Assembly (NCBI GenBank): GCA_002168115.1
Contig: NHCC01000022.1
Location: 163,664 to 215,533 of the forward strand
Reading direction: 5' to 3'
Source: Rhodospirillaceae bacterium TMED23
GTDB lineage: Bacteria; Pseudomonadota; Alphaproteobacteria; Rhodospirillales; UBA2165
Length of the DNA stretch: 51,870 nucleotides
The translations under genes were made by a program, and so were the position numbers. Under the pieces are notes generated by a model. It was not told the DNA's origin, searched no databases, and saw nothing but the letters and a program-made list of their open reading frames with translations. Each line of letters starts with the position of its first letter. Within the stretch, counting starts at the first letter, position 1. Below, piece by piece: positions 42,289 to 51,870 of the stretch.

Positions 42289-44031
42289 ATGACAAAATCT
42301 GAGATGGATCAAAATATAAAACTTGCCGGCTACAAAGTGCTTGCCCGTAAATATCGTCCAGTAAACTTTGCTTCACTCATTGGGCAAGAGCCTATGGTGA
42401 GAACTTTAAAAAATGCTTTCTATTCTGATAGAGTGGCACATGCTTTTATACTCACGGGTGTTCGTGGTGTGGGTAAGACTACTACGGCTAGAATTATTGC
42501 GCGGTCGCTTAATTGTGTGGGTAGTAACAAAGAAATTTCTAGCAAATTTGATCCTTGTGGGAACTGCGATTTTTGTAGAACAATCATAGAAGGTAGTTGC
42601 ATTGATGTAGTTGAGATGGATGCTGCTAGTAGAACAGGTGTAGATGATATAAGGGAACTAATTGAGAGTGTCCGTTACAAACCAGTATCCGCGAAGTATA
42701 AGGTGTATATTATTGATGAAGTGCATATGTTATCTCGAAACGCTTTCAATGCATTACTTAAAACTTTAGAAGAGCCTCCCTCGCACGTTAAATTTATATT
42801 CGCAACTACTGAAATTCGAAAAGTACCGGTTACGGTTTTATCTCGTTGCCAGAGATTTGACCTACGCCGAATAGAAACTGAAGTTTTAGCCCGTAATTTA
42901 AGACAAATTTCTGATCTTGAGGGGCTGAGAATAACTGATGAGGCTATTAATTTGATAGCTCGGGCTGCAGATGGTTCTGTAAGAGATGGTCAAAGCTTGC
43001 TTGATCAAGTTGTATCATTAGGACTTGAGCATGGAAATGAGGTAGTAGAAGAAGATATTCGAGACATATTAGGCCTAGCCGATAGAAAGCGAATATTTGA
43101 GTTATTTGAGCAAGTAATGAAGGGTCAAATTTCTTCTGCTCTAAAAATTTTAGCTGATGAGTATAAGAACGGTACCGAACCAAATATACTAGTTAAAGAT
43201 TTGCTTGAAATTGTGCATTGGTTTACCAAAGTTAAAGTATGCCCCGAGCTTCTTAATAACTCTGAGGTCTCTGAAATAGATTTAGCTCAAGGTAGAATTT
43301 TTTCAACAGAACTATCAATGGCAACTCTAACCAGAGCATGGCAATTATTATTAAAAGGGCTCAATGAAGTCGTGCTAGCTCCCTCACCAATTAATGCGAC
43401 GGAAATGCTTTTGATTCGATTAGCTTACTTGTCTAGTTTACCTACCCCAGCTGATTTAGTAAAAAAATTGAATGATAATGAGGAGCTTTTAGAAACGGTT
43501 ACTAAGCCAAATTTTTCAGATGCGATGGCTACTACAACCAATGATAGTTCATCAAACGAATCACTAAAATTATTAAAGTTTTCGCAACAGAAATTAGATC
43601 CCCAAGTCGAGAATTCTTATGATCCCCATAAGAGTGGCCTTGCAGATCCCAATACTTTTGAAGATGTTCTTAAACTTGCCAACGCTAAAAATGAACGAAT
43701 ACTTTTTTCTAATTTAATTACCAACGTTCATTTGGTTCGATTTGAGCCTGGCAACATAGTATTCCATCCAGGGGAAAATGCACCACCGGAATTAAGTCAG
43801 GATTTAGCTAATTTTTTGAATAATGAGACTGGTCGTCGCTGGATTGTAACATTATCTATGGATGAGGTGGGTGAGCCAACATATCAGCAGAGCCAATTAA
43901 CTGAGAGATCTCTGCAAATTGAAGAGGCTGCTAAGAGGCCATTTATAAAATCAGTGCTTGAGCTTTTCCCGGGAGCAAAAATATCTGCAGTTAAACAAAC
44001 AAATAAGGATAGTAAAAGTGCTAGCTCTTAG
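42289..44031 (+). CDS. dnaX: DNA polymerase III subunit gamma/tau
   Basis: LARKYRP, GVRGVGKTT, Zn cysteines, IIDEVHML, LLKTLEEPP and SRCQRF. Confidence 0.97.
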   Translation: MTKSEMDQNIKLAGYKVLARKYRPVNFASLIGQEPMVRTLKNAFYSDRVAHAFILTGVRGVGKTTTARIIARSLNCVGSNKEISSKFDPCGNCDFCRTIIEGSCIDVVEMDAASRTGVDDIRELIESVRYKPVSAKYKVYIIDEVHMLSRNAFNALLKTLEEPPSHVKFIFATTEIRKVPVTVLSRCQRFDLRRIETEVLARNLRQISDLEGLRITDEAINLIARAADGSVRDGQSLLDQVVSLGLEHGNEVVEEDIRDILGLADRKRIFELFEQVMKGQISSALKILADEYKNGTEPNILVKDLLEIVHWFTKVKVCPELLNNSEVSEIDLAQGRIFSTELSMATLTRAWQLLLKGLNEVVLAPSPINATEMLLIRLAYLSSLPTPADLVKKLNDNEELLETVTKPNFSDAMATTTNDSSSNESLKLLKFSQQKLDPQVENSYDPHKSGLADPNTFEDVLKLANAKNERILFSNLITNVHLVRFEPGNIVFHPGENAPPELSQDLANFLNNETGRRWIVTLSMDEVGEPTYQQSQLTERSLQIEEAAKRPFIKSVLELFPGAKISAVKQTNKDSKSASS

Positions 44032-44088
44032 GCTTAATATATATATATTAACGGTAAATAGAATAAAAGTTAAGGAGAATTAGAGGTA

Positions 44089-44412
44089 ATGAAAAATATC
44101 GGTCAAATGATGAAACAGGCTCAGGAAATGCAGAGCAAGATGACTGATATACAGGATAAACTCTCTGATTTGGAGATTGAAGGTTCATCGGGAGCGGGTT
44201 TGATAAAAGTTATATTATCTGGCAAAAATGATGTTAGAAAAATAAAAATAGATACTTCTTTGATAAATCCGAAAGAACCTGATGTCTTAGAAGATTTGCT
44301 TATAGCAGCTTTTAATGACGCAAAATCAAAAGTAGAGAATGAAGTTAATAGCAGAATGTCAGAGGTTACTGGAGGTTTGCAATTGCCTCCAGGTTTTAAA
44401 TTACCTTTTTAA
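44089..44412 (+). CDS. ybaB: YbaB/EbfC nucleoid-associated protein
   Basis: MMKQAQEMQ, EGSSGAGL and LEDLLIAAFNDA; between dnaX and recR. Confidence 0.93.
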   Translation: MKNIGQMMKQAQEMQSKMTDIQDKLSDLEIEGSSGAGLIKVILSGKNDVRKIKIDTSLINPKEPDVLEDLLIAAFNDAKSKVENEVNSRMSEVTGGLQLPPGFKLPF

Positions 44413-44471
44413 AAATATTATTTTGATTTTAATCATGTGAGCAGTCCGTAATATGAGAATCACTTCATTTA

Positions 44472-45071
44472 ATGATTTCTAAAAACTTAGAATTGTTTAT
44501 TCAGATGTTATCTAAACTTCCTGGCTTTGGTCCGAGGTCAGCTAGGCGGGCTGCATTGCACTTAATTAAAAATAAAGAAACGCTATTTATCCCACTCATT
44601 AATGCTATGGAAAAAACCGCTGGTTCTATTACAATTTGTTCCTCTTGTGGCAATTACGATACGTCTCATATTTGTTCAATTTGTTCGGATAGTGAGCGTG
44701 AACAATCAATTATCTGCGTTGTTGAAGAAGTAGCTGACTTATGGGCTCTTGAGAGAACTTCAATTTTTAAGGGTAATTATCATGTATTGGGCGGCGTATT
44801 GTCTCCTTTAGATGGGATTGGACCAGACGACTTGCGAATTGATGGTTTAATATCACGGGTGAGAACAGCAAATGTTGAAGAGTTAATTCTTGCGACTAGC
44901 GCTACAGTAGATGGCAAAACGACGTCGCATTATATTGCTGACAGACTCCAAAATGAGGATATAAAAATTAGTTTATTGGCTCATGGAATTCCGGTTGGAG
45001 GAGAGCTTGATTATCTAGATGATGGAACAATAGGTGCTGCTTTAAAAGATCGTAGAAAAATAGATATGTGA
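44472..45071 (+). CDS. recR: Recombination mediator RecR
   Basis: LPGFGPRSA (HhH), C4 Zn finger, ICVVE, YHVLGG and GGELDYLD. Confidence 0.96.
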   Translation: MISKNLELFIQMLSKLPGFGPRSARRAALHLIKNKETLFIPLINAMEKTAGSITICSSCGNYDTSHICSICSDSEREQSIICVVEEVADLWALERTSIFKGNYHVLGGVLSPLDGIGPDDLRIDGLISRVRTANVEELILATSATVDGKTTSHYIADRLQNEDIKISLLAHGIPVGGELDYLDDGTIGAALKDRRKIDM

Positions 45072-45115
45072 AAAATGCAATATTTGTCTAAATGAGATAT
45101 TAGTAATTTTTTATA

Positions 45116-46081
45116 CTATTTCTTTAGGGCTCGGGGATGAGAGGCTTTGTAAACCTCCATCATTCTTTCCTGATTCACCGCAGTATAACGTTGCGTAGTA
45201 GATAATGATTCGTGCCCCAATAATTCTTGGATCGTACGCAGGTCGCCCCCGCCCGCCAGTAAATGAGTTGCAAAACTATGCCGCAGTGCATGAGGTGTAG
45301 CGGTTTTGGGTAAATTCAAAATTAGCCGCAGTTTTCTAACTTGTCGTTGCACAACTCCTGCATTTAATCGTTTACCATGCGCTCCAATAAATAGAGCTCG
45401 TTGGTTTTTTAAGGTAATAGGGCAGAGATTACGATAAATTTTTATTTTTTGAGATATTATTGGCAGAAGAGGGATAATCCTTTGTTTGTTATTCTTACCG
45501 TTAATTAAAATTATATTTTCTTCTGGCAAATCTAGTATATTTAAATTTAGCGCCTCACTTATTCTTAGACCGCAACCGTATAATAGCGTAAGAATTGCCA
45601 TGTCACGAGCTGCAATCCATTTAGTTTTATGCAATCTACCTATAATGTCGATTGCTTCTTTTGCCTCTTCGGGAGCAAGAGGTTTGGGCAAGTTAATGGG
45701 TAGTTTAGGCGTTCTGATTAATTTTATTGCAGAATTGTGGACGATATTTTTGCGATCCAAATAGGCAAAAAAACCCCTTAGCGTTGATGCTAGTCTCGCT
45801 AGTGAAGCGCGCGAAATTCCATCATTATTACGTTTAGCTAGATACCCTCTAAAGTCTCTGGTGGTTATATCACTTAGGTCAACAACATTTGGCGCAAAAC
45901 CAATATGTTGAGACAAGTACAAAAAAAAATTTGATAAGTCACGACTGTATGCGTCGACTGTGTGGGAAGAATATTTTTTTTCGACAGTAAACCATTTTTG
46001 CCACTCTTGAATAATTTGGGATAATTGAGGCCCGGTGACAAATACTATATCTTTTTTCTTTTTTCTTTTTTCTTTAACCAT
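45116..46081 (-). CDS. xerC: Tyrosine recombinase XerC
   Basis: HTVDAYSRDL, LYGCGLRISE, GKNNKQR, HALRHSFATH, LLGHESLSTTQRY (R-H-R-H-Y intact); downstream of DUF484. Confidence 0.9.
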   Translation of the reverse strand: MVKEKRKKKKDIVFVTGPQLSQIIQEWQKWFTVEKKYSSHTVDAYSRDLSNFFLYLSQHIGFAPNVVDLSDITTRDFRGYLAKRNNDGISRASLARLASTLRGFFAYLDRKNIVHNSAIKLIRTPKLPINLPKPLAPEEAKEAIDIIGRLHKTKWIAARDMAILTLLYGCGLRISEALNLNILDLPEENIILINGKNNKQRIIPLLPIISQKIKIYRNLCPITLKNQRALFIGAHGKRLNAGVVQRQVRKLRLILNLPKTATPHALRHSFATHLLAGGGDLRTIQELLGHESLSTTQRYTAVNQERMMEVYKASHPRALKK

Positions 46082-46788
46082 CTATCTAGTATTAACTCGA
46101 GCGCACGCGTTGCAAAGTTTAACAGCTCGGTTCCTTGTTCTTCGTGAAACGCGCCAGCTGTCCGAGAACCTAAAGCCAAGAAACCAGTATAAATTTTCTT
46201 ACTAAATTGTAAACGACCATAAGCCGTTGATTTTATCGTGTTCGATAGTTCACCAAATACTTGTTCATCCCTCTTGGAGTTTTCAATTAATTTGGTTTTA
46301 GTACTTGTATCGCCTATAATGTGATTTACGTAACCTTGAGTTATCCATTTGATGCTTGTTCCATCTAATAATTCTAAATTTTTATTCTTTTCTATGCATA
46401 ACGAAACCGCATCTAAATCTAAAATTATTGGAAGTTCATCGGAAATCATATTTACAAAACTCTCTAAACTTTTAGCTTCAAGCATTGCAATTACTGCCGC
46501 ATGAGTCCTAGTTTGAATCATCATATTAGAACGGGTAGTGGAAATAAGAAGGTCTGTTGCATTTTTTAGGTTTGTTGACTTGGTTCTGATTCGGTCTAGC
46601 ATTAAAGTCTGCATATCTACGATATTACCGCCTTCAATTTCTTGCCATCGAGGTGGTGTTTTTAAAACTTCCAAAAGCTCTGGATTTTCAATTAAAAACT
46701 CTGGATTTTTTTGAAGATATTCAAGAACGCTCGATGCTTCTGGAAGTTTAACTAATTCATTTTTTTTCATAGGTTTAGCTTTTCTCAT
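46045..46788 (-). CDS. DUF484 / YigA-family protein
   Basis: VLEYLQKNPEFL, IVDMQ and LALGSR...F...QGTELLNF; adjacent to xerC. Confidence 0.85.
   Translation of the reverse strand: MRKAKPMKKNELVKLPEASSVLEYLQKNPEFLIENPELLEVLKTPPRWQEIEGGNIVDMQTLMLDRIRTKSTNLKNATDLLISTTRSNMMIQTRTHAAVIAMLEAKSLESFVNMISDELPIILDLDAVSLCIEKNKNLELLDGTSIKWITQGYVNHIIGDTSTKTKLIENSKRDEQVFGELSNTIKSTAYGRLQFSKKIYTGFLALGSRTAGAFHEEQGTELLNFATRALELILDRWLKKKEKRKKI
46051..46075 (-). repeat. 7-bp tandem repeat, minus strand AAAG(AAAAAAG)x3, inside the DUF484/xerC overlap
   Basis: Plus strand CTTTTTT CTTTTTT CTTTTTT CTTT at 46051-46075. Confidence 0.9.
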
Positions 46789-46801
46789 TGGCTATATTAA
46801 G

Positions 46802-47458
46802 TCAAAGAATACTTTGGCCACTTTTTTTCCAATCTTTTAAGAATGCATCCAAGCCTTTATCCGTCAATGGATGATTGTAAAGCTGTCTGAGTGTTTGGCC
46901 TGGAATAGTTACAATATCGGCCCCCAATCTGCCCGCCTCAGTTACATGTTTTGATGACCTGACGGAAGCCACTAGCACCTCTGTTTTTATCATAGGGTAG
47001 TTGGAATATATTTCACAAATATCTGAAATTAGGTCCATGCCATCTAATGATATATCATCTAATCTTCCAACAAAAGGGGAAATAAAGGTTGCTCCAGCTT
47101 TGGCGGCAAGAATTGCCTGCGATGATGAAAAACATAAGGTTACGTTTACCATTATTTTTTTATCTGTGAGGATTTTGCATGCTTTTAATCCATCAAATGT
47201 AAGGGGAACCTTGACAGCAACATTTGCGCCGAGGCTCGATAGCTTTTCTCCCTCTCTAATCATTGTTTCATAGTCAGTCGCTGTTACTTCAGCACTTACT
47301 GGCCCAGAAACTATCGAACAAATTTCCTCAATTACTGTAAGGAAATTGCGGCCTGTGTTAGTTATTAACGAAGGATTTGTGGTCACCCCGTCAATCATCC
47401 CAGTATCCGAAAGATTTTGAATTTCTTCAACATCCGCGCTATCAATAAAGAATTTCAT
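46802..47458 (-). CDS. tal: Transaldolase (small FSA/TalC family)
   Basis: FFIDSA, GVTTNPS, SAEV (Glu), VKVP (Schiff-base Lys) and SPFVGR (Phe, transaldolase type rather than FSA Tyr). Confidence 0.9.
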   Translation of the reverse strand: MKFFIDSADVEEIQNLSDTGMIDGVTTNPSLITNTGRNFLTVIEEICSIVSGPVSAEVTATDYETMIREGEKLSSLGANVAVKVPLTFDGLKACKILTDKKIMVNVTLCFSSSQAILAAKAGATFISPFVGRLDDISLDGMDLISDICEIYSNYPMIKTEVLVASVRSSKHVTEAGRLGADIVTIPGQTLRQLYNHPLTDKGLDAFLKDWKKSGQSIL

Positions 47459-47525
47459 GACTCTTTTACTACCTCTCTAATTTTACTATTTTGTTCTCTT
47501 GTGATTTCCAGTTAGAGTGTAGCCT

Positions 47526-49742
47526 ATGATAAAGAAAAGCGCTACCATAGTTGATCAAAGAAGTGTGAGAAAATATGCAAATGTTCTTCTTCCTTTGCCA
47601 CTCAGTGAGACTTATACTTATTCGATACCTGATCATTTAGATATATGTAATTCAATAAACCCCGGAGACTTTGTCCGGGTTCCTTTTGGCCATCGAGAGA
47701 TTATTGGTGTTGTTTGGGATAGTCCAAATAAATTTAGAAAATTAGATCGAATCAAACCTGTATTAGAACGGTTGGATGTTCCTCGAATGCCTGAAACAAC
47801 AATAAGATTCGTTAAGTGGGTCTCAAATTACAATATGGTGGCGCTTGGTTTGATTCTCAAAATGACCATGAATGTGCCTGGTTTATTCAAACAAACTCGT
47901 GAGCAATCTATTTATTTTATATCGGATCCCATGGTTGATTATAAAAAAACGACTGCTAGATCTCGAGTTTTAAATTTGTTTAAAACAAACTCTTATTTGT
48001 CTAGATCGTCTATACGACAGGAAGCTCAGGTATCGTCGTCTGTTCTAACTGGAATGTTAGAATTAGGAGTTCTATCAGAAAAGAGAGTGCCGCAAACCAG
48101 AGAGTTTCAGGAACCCGACTGGCGAAAGAAAGGCCCAAAACTCTCCACAGAACAATCATTAATAGCAAGAAATCTAGAAAAAAAAATAATTGAAGGTGAA
48201 TTTTTTGTTGGGCTAATTGAGGGTGTTCCAGGTTCGGGAAAAACGGAGGTTTACCTCGAGGCTATTTGTGAAGCTTTGAAAAGGGGTAAGCAAGCACTTG
48301 TTCTGTTACCGGAAATTACTTTAAGCGCACAGTGGCTTCGTCGATTTGAAAAGAGATTTGGGTGTGCTCCTGCTCTGTGGCATTCAGAGGTAAGCCCCGC
48401 AAATCGTCGCAAAACATGGCAGGCTGTGGCGCGCGGGGAAGCCAAAGTAATTGTGGGAGCGCGCTCGGCCCTGTTTTTGCCATTTCAGTCTATAGGAGTC
48501 ATTGTTATCGATGAGGAGCACGATCAATCGTTTAAACAAGAAGAAAGTGTTATTTACAACGCTAGGGACATGGCTGTAGTACGTTCGAGAATTGAGAAAA
48601 TACCTATTTTCCTAGTTTCTGCAACACCATCATTAGAAACCTTGCATAACGCCAACAGAGGAAAATATTCCAAATATTGTTTATCTCAAAGATATGCTGG
48701 GGCTAAGTTACCCTATATTGAGATTCTAGATATGCGAAAAAGCAAGCCAGAGCGTGGCAAATGGATATCTCCAGAAATAATAGAGGCCCTTAGACACACT
48801 TTCAAATCAGGTGAACAAGGCCTTTTATATCTCAATCGACGTGGATACGCTCCCCTAACTCTTTGTCAAGATTGTGGGCATCGATTTCAATGCGTTAAAT
48901 GTACAGCTTGGTTAGTAGAACATCGTTTTATAGGCCAATTGCAATGCCATCATTGTGGTTATTATACACCAATGCCTAAGGAATGTCCAAACTGTAAATC
49001 AGTTGATAGGCTTCATGCTTGTGGTCCCGGTGTTGAGAGATTGGCGGAAGAAGTTCGTGAAATATTTCCAGATATTAGGATGCAAGTAGCCGTTAGTGAT
49101 AATCTCAATTCAGTTGGACAAGCTGGTGCTCTAGTGAAAAAAATTGAAAAGCGAGAAGTAGATTTGATAGTTGGCACTCAGATAATAGCGAAAGGGTATC
49201 ACTTTCCTTTTCTCACGCTTGTCGGCGTAATAGATGCAGATATTGGACTTGCTGGGGGAGATATAAGAGCTTTAGAGCGTACATATCAGTTACTGTATCA
49301 GGTAGCTGGCCGAGCCGGAAGAGCGAGCCGATTTGGTAAGGTTATGCTCCAAACATTTAATCCAGAGAATATGGTTATGCAAGCTTTGAAGAATGGTGAT
49401 CATGAGAGTTTTGTGCAAAAAATGATAGAGGATAGAGAAGCTCATAGTATGCCACCTTTTGGACGACTAGCCGGTATTATTTTGTCTGGCAATGATGAAA
49501 AACTCGTAAAAGAGGCCTCTAATATTTTGGCCCGTACCGCACCGATGGCTTCTGGGATAATGACACTGGGGCCTGCTCCAGCACCTTTGGCTTTGCTCAG
49601 AGGTAAATACCGTATTCGCTTTCTAGTAAAATCTCAGAGAGATATTAATATACAGGATGAAATAAAAAAATGGTTAAAGAAGACATCCATTCCCCAAAAG
49701 GTTCGTGTTCAAGTTGATATTGACCCTTACAGCTTTATGTAG
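47526..49742 (+). CDS. priA: Primosomal protein N'
   Basis: GVPGSGKTEVY, DEEHD, LNRRGYAP, eight-Cys Zn region, QVAGRAGR and DIDP. Confidence 0.97.
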   Translation: MIKKSATIVDQRSVRKYANVLLPLPLSETYTYSIPDHLDICNSINPGDFVRVPFGHREIIGVVWDSPNKFRKLDRIKPVLERLDVPRMPETTIRFVKWVSNYNMVALGLILKMTMNVPGLFKQTREQSIYFISDPMVDYKKTTARSRVLNLFKTNSYLSRSSIRQEAQVSSSVLTGMLELGVLSEKRVPQTREFQEPDWRKKGPKLSTEQSLIARNLEKKIIEGEFFVGLIEGVPGSGKTEVYLEAICEALKRGKQALVLLPEITLSAQWLRRFEKRFGCAPALWHSEVSPANRRKTWQAVARGEAKVIVGARSALFLPFQSIGVIVIDEEHDQSFKQEESVIYNARDMAVVRSRIEKIPIFLVSATPSLETLHNANRGKYSKYCLSQRYAGAKLPYIEILDMRKSKPERGKWISPEIIEALRHTFKSGEQGLLYLNRRGYAPLTLCQDCGHRFQCVKCTAWLVEHRFIGQLQCHHCGYYTPMPKECPNCKSVDRLHACGPGVERLAEEVREIFPDIRMQVAVSDNLNSVGQAGALVKKIEKREVDLIVGTQIIAKGYHFPFLTLVGVIDADIGLAGGDIRALERTYQLLYQVAGRAGRASRFGKVMLQTFNPENMVMQALKNGDHESFVQKMIEDREAHSMPPFGRLAGIILSGNDEKLVKEASNILARTAPMASGIMTLGPAPAPLALLRGKYRIRFLVKSQRDINIQDEIKKWLKKTSIPQKVRVQVDIDPYSFM

Positions 49743-49815
49743 CTAGATTTTAAGCTCTGTTAACTAATGAGTTATAACGAAATAAATTGACCTTTTATGT
49801 ATCAATTTTGGCGTC

Positions 49816-49844
49816 TTGCGGACTCTGAGCGAGTATGGTAGACA
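49816..49844 (+). promoter_or_regulatory. Candidate promoter for the F1 atp operon
   Basis: cTTGCGG, 17-bp spacer, tggTAGACA. Confidence 0.4.
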
Positions 49845-49936
49845 AAGCGCGATTCAATTATTTGGAACCTTAAAAGTCTGATAATTTTTATGATTTGTTT
49901 AGGTAAATTTCATTTAATTCTGAGGATATTTTATTC

Positions 49937-50506
49937 GTGTCAGATGATATAAAAAGCAATATGAACGTGTCGGGATTATCTGGAAGATACGCAAAGGCTC
50001 TTTATGATTTGGCTGAGAGTGGTACCTCGATAAATGAGGTTGAAAAAGACTTAATTGAAATTAATGAAATAATTGAGGATAGTTCTGATCTAAAGCAGTT
50101 AATTGTGTCGCCGATACTCTCCAGAACTGAGCAAATGAAGGCTATGAAACGGATTTTAACTAAGATGAAGGTTAGCCAGTTAACTCAACAATTTGTTGGT
50201 GTACTATCAACTAATCGGCGTCTTAGTATTTTAAAGCAGATTATTTCAGATTTCCTGCAGATGCTATCGAGTATAAGGGGTGAAATGACCGCATATGTTT
50301 CTTCGGCAAAACCGCTTACGGAGGAACAAAAGTCTCATTTAATTAAAGTTTTGGAGGGTTTGGTTGATGGTAAAGTTTACTTGAATTTAGATGTGAATCC
50401 TGATCTTTTGGGAGGATTAGTGGTAAAGATTGGGTCAAAAATGGTAGATTCCTCAATTCAAACTAAATTGCAACATTTACAACTCGCTATGAGAGGTGTG
50501 GGATAA
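49937..50506 (+). CDS. atpH: ATP synthase F1 delta subunit
   Basis: GRYAKAL, NRRL and [17 protein letters not shown]; GTG start after GAGGA. Confidence 0.95.
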   Translation: MSDDIKSNMNVSGLSGRYAKALYDLAESGTSINEVEKDLIEINEIIEDSSDLKQLIVSPILSRTEQMKAMKRILTKMKVSQLTQQFVGVLSTNRRLSILKQIISDFLQMLSSIRGEMTAYVSSAKPLTEEQKSHLIKVLEGLVDGKVYLNLDVNPDLLGGLVVKIGSKMVDSSIQTKLQHLQLAMRGVG

Positions 50507-51870
50507 TGGAAATCCGCGCAGCGGAAATATCCGCTATATTAAAAGAAGAAATTAAAAATTTTGGAAGTGAAGCCGAGGTCGCTGAAGTAGGACAGGTACT
50601 TTCAGTGGGTGATGGAATTGCTCGGGTTCACGGATTGGATAAAGTACAAGCTGGAGAGATGGTGGAGTTTCCCGGGAATATTAGGGGAATGACACTTAAT
50701 TTAGAGGAAGATAATGTTGGAGTTGTCATCTTTGGTGATGATCGGACTATAAAAGAGGGGGATATTGTAAAAAGAACGGGCGATATTGTTGATGTGCCGA
50801 TTGGAAAGGGTCTACTTGGTCGTGTTGTTGACGCCCTTGGGAATCCTATTGATGGTAAGGGTAGCATTGAGGCTACAGAAAGGGGACTTATTGAAGTTAA
50901 AGCTCCTGGCATTATACCTCGTAAGTCGGTACATGAGCCAATGCAAACGGGTTTAAAAGCGATTGATAGTTTGATACCTGTTGGACGAGGTCAACGTGAG
51001 TTAATTATTGGGGATCGACAGACTGGTAAGACTGCAATAATTATTGATACTATTTTAAATCAAAAGAAAGCGAATGATGCTGCAAAAAATGACTCTGAAA
51101 AACTCTATTGCGTTTATGTGGCTGTCGGACAAAAGAGGTCTTCAGTTGCACAACTAGTTAAAGTATTAGAAGAGTACGGTGCTATGGAGTATTCAATTAT
51201 CGTCACCGCGACTGCGTCTGAATCTGCTCCTATGCAGTTTCTAGCTCCTTATACCGGTTGCACCATGGGAGAGTTTTTTCGAGATAATGGTATGCATGCA
51301 GTGATTTTTTATGACGATTTAACAAAGCAAGCGGTCTCTTACCGTCAAATGTCCCTATTGTTGCGTAGGCCACCAGGTCGGGAAGCCTATCCAGGGGATG
51401 TATTTTATCTTCATTCTCGCTTATTGGAACGATCAGCTAAAATGAATGACGAACAAGGTGCTGGTTCATTGACAGCTCTTCCAGTAATTGAGACACAAGG
51501 TAATGACGTTTCAGCCTACATTCCAACCAATGTGATTTCAATTACGGACGGTCAGATCTTTTTGGAAACCGATTTATTTTACAAAGGTATACGCCCGGCA
51601 GTGAATGTGGGACTTTCGGTCTCACGGGTTGGGTCAGCCGCCCAAGTTAAGGCTATGAAGCAGGTGGCTGGTTCTATAAAACTTGAGCTTGCCCAATATA
51701 GAGAGATGGAGGCTTTTGCACAATTTGCTTCAGATTTGGATGCCTCAACCCAGCAACTTTTGGCACGTGGAGCGCGATTGACCGAGGTTCTTAAGCAAGG
51801 ACAATTTACTCCTTATTCAATGGAGGAGCAGGTGGTGTCGCTATTCTCTGGAGTTGAGGGCTTTCTTGAT
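50506..51870 (+). CDS. atpA: ATP synthase F1 alpha subunit (partial, runs off the window end)
   Basis: ATG 50506 overlaps the atpH stop: [20 protein letters not shown]; Walker A GDRQTGKT; [23 protein letters not shown]. Missing from the ORF track because there is no stop in the window. Confidence 0.97.
   Translation, partial: MEIRAAEISAILKEEIKNFGSEAEVAEVGQVLSVGDGIARVHGLDKVQAGEMVEFPGNIRGMTLNLEEDNVGVVIFGDDRTIKEGDIVKRTGDIVDVPIGKGLLGRVVDALGNPIDGKGSIEATERGLIEVKAPGIIPRKSVHEPMQTGLKAIDSLIPVGRGQRELIIGDRQTGKTAIIIDTILNQKKANDAAKNDSEKLYCVYVAVGQKRSSVAQLVKVLEEYGAMEYSIIVTATASESAPMQFLAPYTGCTMGEFFRDNGMHAVIFYDDLTKQAVSYRQMSLLLRRPPGREAYPGDVFYLHSRLLERSAKMNDEQGAGSLTALPVIETQGNDVSAYIPTNVISITDGQIFLETDLFYKGIRPAVNVGLSVSRVGSAAQVKAMKQVAGSIKLELAQYREMEAFAQFASDLDASTQQLLARGARLTEVLKQGQFTPYSMEEQVVSLFSGVEGFLD

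Noticed and set aside
44034-44052. CtrA box (TTAA-N7-TTAAC) here and in other intergenic regions
   Set aside because: Spacers seen were 6, 8, 10, 11 or 12 bp, not 7.
45116-46081. Tyrosine recombinase as a phage or island integrase
   Set aside because: XerC motifs and DUF484-tal-priA context, with no att site, tRNA or cargo genes, indicate the housekeeping gene.

Overview
AT-rich (roughly 35-40% GC by eye) chromosomal window from an alphaproteobacterium; gene order and protein character suggest a Rhodospirillales-like, probably marine lineage (inference). It is mostly core genes: trmD-rplS-leuCDB-asd; the TCA cluster sdhCDAB-zapE-mdh-sucCD-sucAB-lpdA; thrS-infC and rpmI-rplT-pheST on the minus strand; envelope genes (GT9, GT4, uppP, a kdsB-like gene); hisN, cycM, pheA, nudC; SRP RNA-dnaX-ybaB-recR; tal-DUF484-xerC; priA; atpH and a partial atpA. 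I saw no CRISPR array, IS element, prophage, rRNA or tRNA. The most interesting points are: (1) a triple A-AAA-AAG tandem repeat in the DUF484/xerC overlap, where a -1 slip (a stem-loop starts 8 nt downstream) or a one-unit expansion would give a DUF484-XerC fusion; (2) an intact KdsB homologue in its usual cycM-kdsB-pheA position whose CTP-binding loop has become acidic; (3) an arsR-less gap-arsJ arsenate module between infC and rpmI, preceded by a Pho-box-like site, with gap broken by a 2-bp TA duplication; (4) an uncharacterised MetE-core-like Zn enzyme directly after pheT, convergent with an ACMSD-like amidohydrolase; (5) a SpoIIAA-like gene with one in-frame stop; (6) infC starting at ATC; (7) Lys-rich tails on Mdh and SucA; (8) a structured rpmI leader. 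All calls come from reading motifs and synteny; no database search was run.
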